DNA of 57,369 nt, from positions 1-57,369 of the IMG/VR virus record IMGVR_UViG_3300010354_000105; one strand, given 5' to 3'. Positions 26,634 through 37,600 of the stretch are shown piece after piece. Position 1 is the stretch's first letter. Every line of letters starts with the position of its first letter. Below the pieces are notes generated by a model that was not told the origin of the DNA, did no database searches, and worked only from the letters and a program-made list of their open reading frames with translations. The DNA is from a virus. Its lineage: Duplodnaviria; Caudoviricetes. A program made the translations under genes and the position numbers.

Positions 26634-29600
26634 TTAAGTCCAGAAGGTCACTGGATCTTTCTTACGTTGTATTTCATGCAATGGATTTCGAGAATTGGCT
26701 GGTATTTTGAATACCTCTAATCTTCCTTGGGAATCGGATGATGGAATTAGAACAAAACCAATGGCAAAATCAACAACATTAAATTTATATCTGGCCTCAA
26801 GTCTACCAAAAAATCTTTTATCTAGTACATCTACTAGATTTGCTGCAACTTGTTTTTGAAGGTAGGAGAAATATCTATTATCTGAACGATTTACAAGATC
26901 AAGTACTTCACTGACAACTTCCCTAGGAGCATTAATAAGCCCATCGATTTGTATTTGTGGCCCCATTAGTCTTAACTGCAACTTGGCAACTTCGCTAATA
27001 CCAAATGTTTTTTCGATTCCAGGAACAGTTACTACCTTTTGGAAAGCCCGATTTAAAACAGCAATTCTTTTATCTAAGGGGAAGTCCTGCCATAATTCCC
27101 AAATACTGCCTTTCTTGAGTCCTAACTTAAGAATATTTCCTAAACTCAATCCGAGACTCTTTGATGAGCCTTCTTTTTCGTCGGCTAAGAAAGTGCCTTT
27201 GTTGATCATCAAGGTTCCGCCAGACAAATTCAATGCTGACACACCTTTGTATCCAGGTACTCGTTGAGCAAAATATAGTAAATCTCTGGGCTTGTTGGCC
27301 GACGAGGTTGTTATAATACTATAAGTTGTTTGTGCTATGACTGCGTTGCCTGTTGTGAATGCAGCATTTGAAGTAAAGGGGTAAGATGCACCGGTACCGT
27401 AGACGATTCTTACTGCACCACCTGCACCGTCACCACCTGCCACAGCATAATTAAATGCAGTACCAATTGGGCCGCCTCCTGATCCACCACCGCCATATGA
27501 TCCGCCTGGGCGCCCGTTTCTAGGAATAAATTCAGAAAACGTTGACCCATTTGTCCCACTGCTACCACCAGAACCGCCACTGCCACCTGTGAATGTGGTG
27601 CCAACATAAGAATTAGCGGTCCCGTCCCACGCTAACCTAGACACCCTTACATTATACAAACCACCGAAAACTTGATTACCTGAATTAAACGAACTGTCAA
27701 AATATACAGTTTGGTTCAAACCATAATTAACTGAATATAGCAGTGTAGTTCCGTTGTAGTGTTTGATGAGCCCGTCGGTGTCATAAACTATGTAAAATTT
27801 ATTATTAGGATTCCATGCACCGCTGAAAAAAACTTGAGTGCCATTGTGGTGAACTGAATAAATGTCAGTTCGATATGGGTAGGAGGCGTAATCTAGTGTA
27901 TCAAAACTAGCATTGGTTGCAGGATCACTATTCCAACCTATCATGGTATATCCTACACCATTATCTCCAGAATCGGCTCGTTTATTAAATTCAATAGTAC
28001 ACGGTGCTGTAAAAGGCTGTAGAGAATAAACTTGTGCGTCCCAAGCATCGCCTGCTGCCGATCTATACATGTTTGTGTCAACAAACGAAGTAGCAGGACT
28101 GTTTCTAAATTGAAATCTAACATGACTTATATAAGAAGCCTCGTCTGTGGCAACTTGGTCTGCGCCAATGAAATGACCGATAGTAATATTTGCCGCAGTG
28201 TGATTAATCCATCCTGTGTCTACATAAAAGTATCCATTGAAACCGTCACCTCTATTACTGCCCCAAGGTGCGTAACTGTACCCATTGTAAGTTCTCCAAG
28301 AAAAATTTCCACCATTGGCACTATTTGCCGAGCATAAGTTTATAGTAGTTGAACTTGCACCGGCCACGTTCCAAACTTTGGTAAATTGTAAGTATCTAAC
28401 TCCCTCGACATCAAAGAAATTGGTTTCGCCATCGACACTGTCAACAAAATGCCAGTAAAAACTATATCTGACTTGTGTGTGCTGCGGAATAGAACTAGAG
28501 AAAAAATAGAACCAAGTGGACGGAGAATGCCCGTGTGCAGTGGTGTTACCAAATCCGCCCATCTGCGTCATATTAAATGTTGTAGTCGGGCTCCAATTAT
28601 TTAAATAGGGTGTGGCATCGTTACCTTCGTAGTATTCTGTTGGTCCTACTAGGTTAACGGTGCCCGAAGTAAGATAGTTCATCTGCTCGTAAACTACTTG
28701 TGATGATGTTAATGTGGCTCTAGGATTTAAATTTCCTGCTGCCCCAGTGGATCCCGATTGTAATAACCCGACACCACCGCCGCCACCACCGGCTGACCCT
28801 ACATAATCATAGATAGATGGGCTACCATAAACGCCTGCTCCGCCACCGCCGCCTCCCCCAACTGCACTAGTAGCGATATTGGCAGGTACTGTGCCTGACG
28901 TATGTGCATCGCCACCGCGACCACCAGAACCCGAATAACCACCAGCACCGCCACCACCTGCCGCAGCCCTGAATCCAGAACCAGTCCAAGTACCGCCGGG
29001 GCCGCCTCGGCCGCCACCGTCGCCTACATACTCGCCCCCAGGATTACCAAGTGATAAACCAAAAGTTTCTACTAAACTTGCATCGGCTGCGTTAAGCGGA
29101 TATGTTCTTCCGCCGCCCCACATGATCCTTACAGCACCTCTCCCGCCAATACCGCCGGCACCTGACGCAGTTCCGCCACCGCCATACAAACCACCATTAG
29201 CAGCCCGACGATTTGCTTCAGGTAAATTTGGTGCACCTTCAGTGCCCCAGGTACCGTCTGTACCACCTGAACCTCCACGACCGCCTACCGTTTCAAAATC
29301 AGCACCTACAGCGCCAGCACCACTGGTGCCTTGACCTAGTATACCTACACCCCCACCACCACTGGGCCGTTGACCAATGTAAACTCCATAATCACGTGCA
29401 AAAGCGCCGCCACCGCCGCCGCCACCGCCGGACCCATTTTGTCCATTAAGCCCGGTTGTTGCATTGTAGCCTCCGCGTCCTCCACTTCCGCTATACCCGC
29501 CAGCACCACCAGCACCGCCCTCATAAAATAATGCAGTAGGGGTTCCACCTTGACCACCAGCACCACCGCCATCACCTACAAAAGATCCACCTGCACCACC

Positions 29601-31646
29601 TGTTGATCCACCAAATCCGGCCACTGTTGCAGTGCTTATAAAATAACTTGCTCCGCCATTGGCATTTAAAGCGCCACCGGCACCAACTACCACAGTGTAA
29701 GTTTGTCCCGGGACAACCGGAATGTTATTTCGCCAACCAAGGCCTCCCCCGCCACCGCCGTTGTTGGTGGCTGAGTTCGGGCCACCGCCACCGCCAATGG
29801 CCACTACACTAACACTGGTAACACCAGCCGGGGCAGTCCAAGAATAAGTACCGGCAATGGTATAGGCAATCTGACCAATGGTCTGAACAGTACCTCGTTG
29901 GCTCAGTGCTACTCCTCCCCCACTGCCGCCGAATCCTGCTACTGTAGCGTTACTCAGGAACCAACTGTCACCTCCATTGTTGCCTAACGAGATACCAGTG
30001 CTCAGTGCGCCGCCGCGACCACCTTCGCCTACTCGAATTGTGTAACTTTGCCCCGGGGACACTGCAACATTTCCCCATCCTAAACCTCCACCGCCACCGC
30101 CTTCGCCATGGTTTGAGCCACCACCTCCGCCACCAACGGCTACTACACTAACACGAGTCACGCCCGGGGGTGCCGTCCAAATATAAGTCCCCGGTAAGGT
30201 ATAAGTAACCTCGCCCTTTCGTGTGTTATTTCCAAAATAATCGTCTAAATCCTTATCAAGTGCTTGATAAGGCACTATTGGCGCTTGGTCCGCAATTAAT
30301 CGAGAAGTAGTATTAATTACAACACCACGACGTCCAGGTGCCAACGTAGAGAACCAATATCTGCCCAGCGCAGTCGATAAATCAGTAACAGTAGGGTTCG
30401 GGAAATTTAATAACAAGTTCGCTTGAATTGTTAAATTGCCACGAAAAGCACTGTCAGCAATGGATTGTCTTAGGTCGGGGATGTTATCTCTGTAACCATA
30501 CAGTCTCGGAGCGACAGAAAGATAATAATAAAGTTCTCTTGAATTCTTTGGTCTAGTGGTAGGTTTAACCAGGGTCTGTGGATAAACTAGGCTATAATCT
30601 TTTTCCACATAGAATGTGGCACCAACATTAGTCACAAACACATTGGCTGTGACACTGCTGTTTGTAGCGGCTAAAACTTGTGTGGTTACTGTAAACCCGG
30701 TTGTGGTATCAATGATTCTAACGTTTGAATTAACCGGAAATGGTACAGCATCTTGATAAGAAAATGACAGAGTAGTGACATTGGCGGTGTCCCTGGTATA
30801 AGGTGTTAAAAAGTCGTTGTCGTCGAGATAAAAAGAAACAGTATTACCAAAGGGCGTTGTATCAATACCGGTGACCAATAATCTCAAATCACCTGGTGTT
30901 TCTGTGGTATAATTAACAGGACTCAGTGTTTGTAGAATGCCAATGTTGCTGGTGATATTTTCACCTAGGTTTCGATCAACACTTAAACGTACAGTTTTAT
31001 TATTTTCAGTGTATCTAGAAGCCAGCAGTCTTTCCTGCGGAGTACTGGCCGACCTCCAATCTTGATAGGGCAATTGTGCAGTGGGTTTTACAAAAGATGA
31101 CAAATTCTGTATGGTCATGCCACCTAAGTAATCTATAGGGAATCCTTCAATACTGTTAAAAGTAACAGTGTTATAATCGGTGCTGATTACATTGGCTGTG
31201 GCAGAGAAACCTGTGTCAGAATCTTTGATTAAAACTACATCACCGGCATCAAATTTATCAAAATACTGCATCCTAATAGACGATGTTTCATCTCTACGAA
31301 CCACTGGTTGATTATAAGACAATCCAGTTTTAATTGTGTTAACAGTGGGCATGCCATAGGCTGTTAACACAATATTTCCATAATTACTAGAATTCTTTGT
31401 GACTACGTCATTGTCAACAAAACTCAAGACCAACACAGAACCAGGACTGATAGTGGCTGCTGTGTTGGCTCCTAGTACACCCACTGTGGTTGTGGTCAGA
31501 GTGTCAACATTTGGTGCTGTAAAATTACCAGTGTACAGTGCCTGACCAGTGGTGATTCTAAAATTAGAAATATAACCCTTAAAGAATCCAGTGGTAACCG
31601 GAGTATCGTAAATGAACGGATCAAATGAATCTATACTATTAGGCAT
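26634..31646 (-). CDS. Large modular virion protein (1670 aa): C-terminal part of a LamG domain, beta repeats, nested Gly-rich modules, lectin-like domain and basic tail
   Basis: Begins with FKGYISNFRITTGQALYTGNFTAP, the LamG C-terminal strands. Contains two GTY.WTAP.GVT.VSVVA.GGGGG modules. Confidence 0.7.
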   Translation of the reverse strand: MPNSIDSFDPFIYDTPVTTGFFKGYISNFRITTGQALYTGNFTAPNVDTLTTTTVGVLGANTAATISPGSVLVLSFVDNDVVTKNSSNYGNIVLTAYGMPTVNTIKTGLSYNQPVVRRDETSSIRMQYFDKFDAGDVVLIKDSDTGFSATANVISTDYNTVTFNSIEGFPIDYLGGMTIQNLSSFVKPTAQLPYQDWRSASTPQERLLASRYTENNKTVRLSVDRNLGENITSNIGILQTLSPVNYTTETPGDLRLLVTGIDTTPFGNTVSFYLDDNDFLTPYTRDTANVTTLSFSYQDAVPFPVNSNVRIIDTTTGFTVTTQVLAATNSSVTANVFVTNVGATFYVEKDYSLVYPQTLVKPTTRPKNSRELYYYLSVAPRLYGYRDNIPDLRQSIADSAFRGNLTIQANLLLNFPNPTVTDLSTALGRYWFSTLAPGRRGVVINTTSRLIADQAPIVPYQALDKDLDDYFGNNTRKGEVTYTLPGTYIWTAPPGVTRVSVVAVGGGGGGSNHGEGGGGGGLGWGNVAVSPGQSYTIRVGEGGRGGALSTGISLGNNGGDSWFLSNATVAGFGGSGGGVALSQRGTVQTIGQIAYTIAGTYSWTAPAGVTSVSVVAIGGGGGPNSATNNGGGGGGLGWRNNIPVVPGQTYTVVVGAGGALNANGGASYFISTATVAGFGGSTGGAGGSFVGDGGGAGGQGGTPTALFYEGGAGGAGGYSGSGGRGGYNATTGLNGQNGSGGGGGGGGAFARDYGVYIGQRPSGGGGVGILGQGTSGAGAVGADFETVGGRGGSGGTDGTWGTEGAPNLPEANRRAANGGLYGGGGTASGAGGIGGRGAVRIMWGGGRTYPLNAADASLVETFGLSLGNPGGEYVGDGGGRGGPGGTWTGSGFRAAAGGGGAGGYSGSGGRGGDAHTSGTVPANIATSAVGGGGGGGAGVYGSPSIYDYVGSAGGGGGGVGLLQSGSTGAAGNLNPRATLTSSQVVYEQMNYLTSGTVNLVGPTEYYEGNDATPYLNNWSPTTTFNMTQMGGFGNTTAHGHSPSTWFYFFSSSIPQHTQVRYSFYWHFVDSVDGETNFFDVEGVRYLQFTKVWNVAGASSTTINLCSANSANGGNFSWRTYNGYSYAPWGSNRGDGFNGYFYVDTGWINHTAANITIGHFIGADQVATDEASYISHVRFQFRNSPATSFVDTNMYRSAAGDAWDAQVYSLQPFTAPCTIEFNKRADSGDNGVGYTMIGWNSDPATNASFDTLDYASYPYRTDIYSVHHNGTQVFFSGAWNPNNKFYIVYDTDGLIKHYNGTTLLYSVNYGLNQTVYFDSSFNSGNQVFGGLYNVRVSRLAWDGTANSYVGTTFTGGSGGSGGSSGTNGSTFSEFIPRNGRPGGSYGGGGSGGGPIGTAFNYAVAGGDGAGGAVRIVYGTGASYPFTSNAAFTTGNAVIAQTTYSIITTSSANKPRDLLYFAQRVPGYKGVSALNLSGGTLMINKGTFLADEKEGSSKSLGLSLGNILKLGLKKGSIWELWQDFPLDKRIAVLNRAFQKVVTVPGIEKTFGISEVAKLQLRLMGPQIQIDGLINAPREVVSEVLDLVNRSDNRYFSYLQKQVAANLVDVLDKRFFGRLEARYKFNVVDFAIGFVLIPSSDSQGRLEVFKIPANSRNPLHEIQRKKDPVTFWT

Positions 31647-31647
31647 A

Positions 31648-34600
31648 TTAATTTATTGTAAAGCTACCGCCTCCGAAAAATGCACGATATGTGTAAGAAC
31701 CGCCAACATAGGCAGTGCCGCCTGTTATATTTAACGATCCTGTAATATATCTAATGATCACAATGCCGCTGCCGCCGCTGCCGCCGCTGCCGGACCCTGC
31801 ACTGCTTTGACCCCCACCCCCACCACCTGAGTATTGAACGCCGTTGCCCCCATTGACATTTTGTCCCGATGTTGATGCTAACCCGCCACCGCTGTTGGTG
31901 TCAACTGTGCCCTGTACACTATTATCAAATGTACCCCCTGCACCACCTCCGGCGAATCCACCGGCTGTTAGTCCTAGTGTGTATGTCCATTCAAAGAAAC
32001 TGCCGTAAACACTTTGTGCTCCGTTGCCGCCGTTGCGTCCTGAACCTGCTGATCCTGCACCACCTCCACCACCGCCCCAACTGTTTAGCGTTCCGCTGCC
32101 GCCTAGACCATCACCGGCCCCAGGAGCACCATTATTACCCTGCGGCGACGAACCTGAACCTGCCGCGCCTGCACCTATGTTTAATGCACCACCACCCCCT
32201 GACCCCCCTGACCCACCGCCCGGAGTACTTAATCTACCAGCACCACCACCACCGCCTAAGGCAGTAATGTTTATGCCTGGTCCCGAAATTGAAGAATTGC
32301 CACCAGTACCCCCTCTACTAGATGTCGACGTTGCACCCGAGCCGCCGCCACCGACGCCCACAGTGTAGGTTCCATATCGGTAGAAGGTCTTGGATCCCGA
32401 ATAGTTTGAACCAGTTCCGCTGTTGACACTGTACCAGAATCCACCAGCACCACCGCCACCACCAATATCTTTTCCGCCTCCACCACCACCGCCGACTATA
32501 ACAAAATCCAAGGCAACAATTGGGTTAGCATCATTGACTGTGACTGTGGCTGCTGTTGCTACCACTGTGCCACTGGTGCTGTTGATCCTTAGTTGCAAGA
32601 CTATGGTTTCACCTGGATCAGCAACTAAATCTGCTACGGTGTTTAATGTAATCGATGCCGACCCCGAGGCCTGGGTTCCGGTTATTGTGACATTGCCGCT
32701 GTTCAGGCCATCGCTGAAATCAGATCCAGTTGTTGATCCAGCGTTTGTCCAATATAACACAGTTCCTGGCAGGATATTTGTTGTAGCAATGGTAAATGTT
32801 ACACTTTGTCCTTCGGTAATGGTTGTAGTACTTGGTGTAATAGAATATGTGGCATCTAGCACTGTCACAGCCGAACTGGTGGCCACTATTGGACCAGCAA
32901 TGGAATTTTCTCTCAATTGAATAATAATTGTTTCGCTGCCTTCTGTGGCTGAATCCAAGGCAGATGTAACAACAAACGATGCAGATCCAGATGCGTAGGT
33001 TCCATTTATTACCACATTTCCACTGTTTTGTCCTGAAGCAAAATCGGCTGCACTTGTGGTGCCGCTGTTGGTCCAGAAAATAGTGGTTCCAGGAACAACG
33101 TTGCCTGTAGTGATCGAATATGACACTGAACCACTTTCAAGTATAGTTGCCACATTAGGTGTTATAGTATACACAGGAGTCAATGATGTATCAGTTACAG
33201 TAATTGTCTGGGAAGTTGCTAATAAAATACCCCCTGCTGAACCGTATCTGAGATCAATGACCATGGTTTCCGGGCCTTCAGTGGCACGATCATTGGCCAC
33301 TGTGATTGTGAAGAAGCCTGAATTATTTGTTACTGTAAATGTTCCTTGATTTGACGCACTTGTGAAATCAGTGACTCCATTGGTGGTACCAGTGTTGATC
33401 CAATAAAACACTGATCCATCACTTACATTAGTGGTGCTAACCGTAAAGCCAACTGTGTTTCCTTCGGTGACTGTTAGTGTATTTGCACTAATAGTACCAG
33501 TGAACAGAGCCAAATTAAGTATCCCTGACGTTGTAAAAGTATGGTACACATAACCACCAATGGCTGTTGCATTACCTCCGGTACCTAAAACTGTATTTCC
33601 GGGATAGCGTATTACAGCTACTCCACTACCACCTGCTTGCCCTTGTTCTGGGTTGCCGTCGGCACCACCAGCACCTCCGCCACCACCGGTGTTTGGTAAC
33701 CCAGCAGTACATCCATTGGTGCTGTATGTAGCACTGCCACCTCCGCCTACGCCACCCACAGATCCAGTTCCGCCACCGCCGCCTGCGAGATAATATACGC
33801 CTCCACTCAATTGACCCACTGTGCTATGTGCTGCTGGGAAAGGGTTGGCTAGGCCTGCACCACCGACTCTATTAGAACTTGTACCACCAAATCCGCCGAC
33901 GGCTCCTGCACCACCACCACCGCCGGGTTGTCCAAATTGATTAGAACTTCCTCCATTATTTCCTGAACCATAGCCGTATGTGGAATTCTGTATTGCTACT
34001 CCCGGAGAACCGTAAATTCCACCTGATCCGCCACCGCCTGAACCACCATTACCACCATAGTTACCTGCATTAATGATACCACCCTGACCATAGCCGCCGC
34101 CTAGGGCAACTATGTTGGCTGTGCTAATTGATCCACTGGAGTACATGGTTACATTCGCGTTAGAGAAAAAACTGCTAGCAGTACCATTATAGACGGGATC
34201 ACCTTGATCGGTCCACACCGGTCGTGCCCCACCTGCTCCAATGGTAACATAGTATTGAGTCAGTTTTGCTAATCTGACAGGTAACGAAACATAGCCACCA
34301 GCACCACCACCACCGGCATTGTGATTTCCACCATTGGCATAACCACCAGGACCGCCGCCACCGATTAACAGTAATTCACCAAGTATTAAATCGTTGACCA
34401 CAATCGACGGCGCTGACGCCACAATCGGGCCTGACGTGCTATCGGTCCTTAGATCAAAACTCAAATACTCTGTATTTTCTGCTACCGCATCATCGAGAAC
34501 ACCAAAATCAATAAATGCATTATCATTATTAATCACAATCGAGCCCGAAGCGATTCCGCCTACTAGGTCAGCCGATGACAAGGTGCCGCCCAAGGTCCAA

Positions 34601-37600
34601 TAGTAGGTACTCAAGTTCGGGACATTGTTGCTGGTTATTGTAAATCTTACGCCACTTCCTTCAGTGATACTGCCACCGGCAATATTTGATGTAATTGTAA
34701 ATGTAGGCGCTGCATCAAATACTTGCACCGGATCAGCCGATGCTTTAATAGCACCTGATGGAGAACTTACTCTAATATCAAGAATCATTGTTTCAACAAC
34801 ACCTTCATACCTATCCAATGCAGGCACTATGGATATGGATGTTTGGGAGTTGTTTATGTAGGCTACACCTGAATTTATATTTCCTGCGAAATCTGTGGCA
34901 GATACGTTACCACTCAGTGACCAATATAAAACTGTTCCGTTTGGCACATTTGGACTTGTGGTCACTGTGTACAGTACCGTATTGCCTTCAAATACAGAAC
35001 TCACGTTTGATGTTATAGTGATAGATCCAAAATCAACCAAGGACACGTTTGGTGATGTGGCTAAAATTAAGTCTGCTGCAGAAATTAATCTAAAATTCAA
35101 TACAATGCTTTCTGTATTTTCATCTACAATATCAAAATTGGTTGTTCGTGTAACTGTGACAGACCCATTCGACAGAGTTGCGTTTCCAGACATCAGCCCG
35201 TCATTGAAGTCAGCAGCATTTGTTGAACCTACGTTTTCCCAAAAAATATTAATTCCATCAGGTAAGCCAGAAGTGACCAGAGTAAATGTAACTGATTGCC
35301 CTTCAAAGATAGAATTAGCAGTTACGTCGACGCCGGATGTTCCTGCTGTTGAGAAAATGTAGATTGGATCGCTGATCTTATAAATTAAACTGTCGAAACT
35401 TCTGGTTCTCAAATTGATAAAGAATCGTTCAAGCGCAGTATCCGGATCAATGGTAGGCAAGGTAACTATGGTCGCCGAATTATTTAAAAATGTAGTTGTG
35501 CCCGAGGACGGACTTAGATCTGTCGAAGTTATTTCTCCATTGGTGGTCCACCAGAGTTGTGTACCATTGGGAATGGCCGAATTAGAAACCACTGTGGCAA
35601 CCACATTCTCTCCTTCGGTGTACACTCGTTTTGGAATAGAAATGGAAATGTTAGCCACTGGGGCCGGTAAACTTTCTCTAACAATAACCGTGTTTGCTTG
35701 TGCTACAATAAATCCCGTCACACTGTTAATTCTTAAATCTAAGTTTACAGTCTCATTGCCTTCGAACAACAAATCTTCAACTGTGCTAAAAATAAACGAT
35801 CCAGTGACTTGATTTGAGCCTATAGACGAAACAGTAAACGATCCATTAGCTGAAATTATATCGTTTGAACTTATTGTAGAAGTATTTCGTAAAGTATAGT
35901 ACAATCTTGTGTTATTTGGTACATTTACACCCGATACCTGATATACAATGGATTCGCCTTCAAAAATACTCTGAGCGCCCGGTGTTATAGTGAAGACGTA
36001 ACCTTGCAAGAAACCACTTGAAGTAAAGGTATGCACAGTATAATTGCCTAATGTGCTGATATTACCACCAGCAAACCATGGCGCACCAATATACCTTGCG
36101 ATTACTATGCCTGAGCCCCCATTGCCTCCATTGTTATTAACATTATAGTGTGAACCGCCGCCACCACCGCCGCCGGTGTTAATTCCTCCAGCACCACCAG
36201 GAACATTTGTTTGACTATTAAGGGTACCCACTGTGCCGTTGCCGGCAAAATTTATACCATTGGTGTCACCGTAGCCGTCAGTGGTTGACGTTAGCGACGA
36301 TCTTGGCGCTCCGCCTCCTCCGCCACCAAGACCACCATTGCCTCCATAAGAAGTATATCCCGCGCCGCCACCGCCACCGCCCCAATATAGTATTCTACCT
36401 AATATGGTATTCAATACACCCGCGCCGCCTGTGTTATAAACTAACCCAGTGCTGAACATTTGATTGGAGTCAGCCGAGGTAACGTTTCTGTTTCCGGCAC
36501 CACCGCCACCGGCAGGATACCATTGGCCTCCTGAAAATCCTCCAGTAAACCCTTGTCCAGGTATGCCCCATCCGAAGTTGCTTAATTGTCCCGAAGCACC
36601 ACCACCGCTGGCTCCTGAACTAGCAGGTGTATTAGTAGTGGTAATATCGTGTGTGGTCGCTCCTGCGCCACCGCCTTGTGCTATTCTTGATTGCGAATAA
36701 TTTTGATCATTTACACTGTAAAAATTTGTAATGTACTTAGACTCAATGGGATAACGTACTATGGCAATACCATTTTGCCCGCCGTTGCTGTTTGATCCGC
36801 CATAACCGGCCTGATACCCGCCACTGGTTCTTAGGTAATTACCAACATCACCGGGGATGTCAAGATTACCATTGGAAAACGCTGTGTTGACCAGCAGCGG
36901 AGAATTTGCTGAGTAGGAACTTCCGCCTCCACCTCCGCCCATGGTGTTGGCCTCAGAATAACCACCACCCGAGCCACCCATCCAACCGCCACCTCCGCCC
37001 CCACCATACGAGTTAGTTCTGCTGTTGCCACCTTGGAACAATGCTTGGTTACCAGCAGTGTTTGCGCTGTCCGAACTGGCGTCGGCTCCTGGAATAAATT
37101 GAGTACCACCACGACCTGCATAACTGGTTTTTCCATCATAAGGAGAAAAACCGTTTTGACGATTGGGATAACCGCCGGCACCACCTCTATTGGCCGATCC
37201 GGCGCGACTTGATCCGCCACCGCCACCGCCTGCGGCAAGCAATAGAACTGTTTGTGAATTATAAACATTACTATTATACAAGGCAGTAAATCCGCCGCCG
37301 CCACCTCCATAACTGTTGTCAGTGCCATTGAAACAAGCAGATCCACCGCCCATGTTACCGCCGGCTGCACCCGAGTTATAGTTTCCGCCACCGCCAATGG
37401 CAACATAATATCTCGAATACAGTGTAGGAGTTATTTCTGTTCTAACTGCTGCACCACCGCCTCCATAGGATCCTGTGCCCCAACCACCAGGTCTTCCGCC
37501 GGCACCGCCTGCGCCCCATAAAAATATCTCTATTCTATCAGTGCCAACTTGGTCAATGGTCAATGTAGCGTTTCCACTGGTAATAGTATGAACGTTATAT

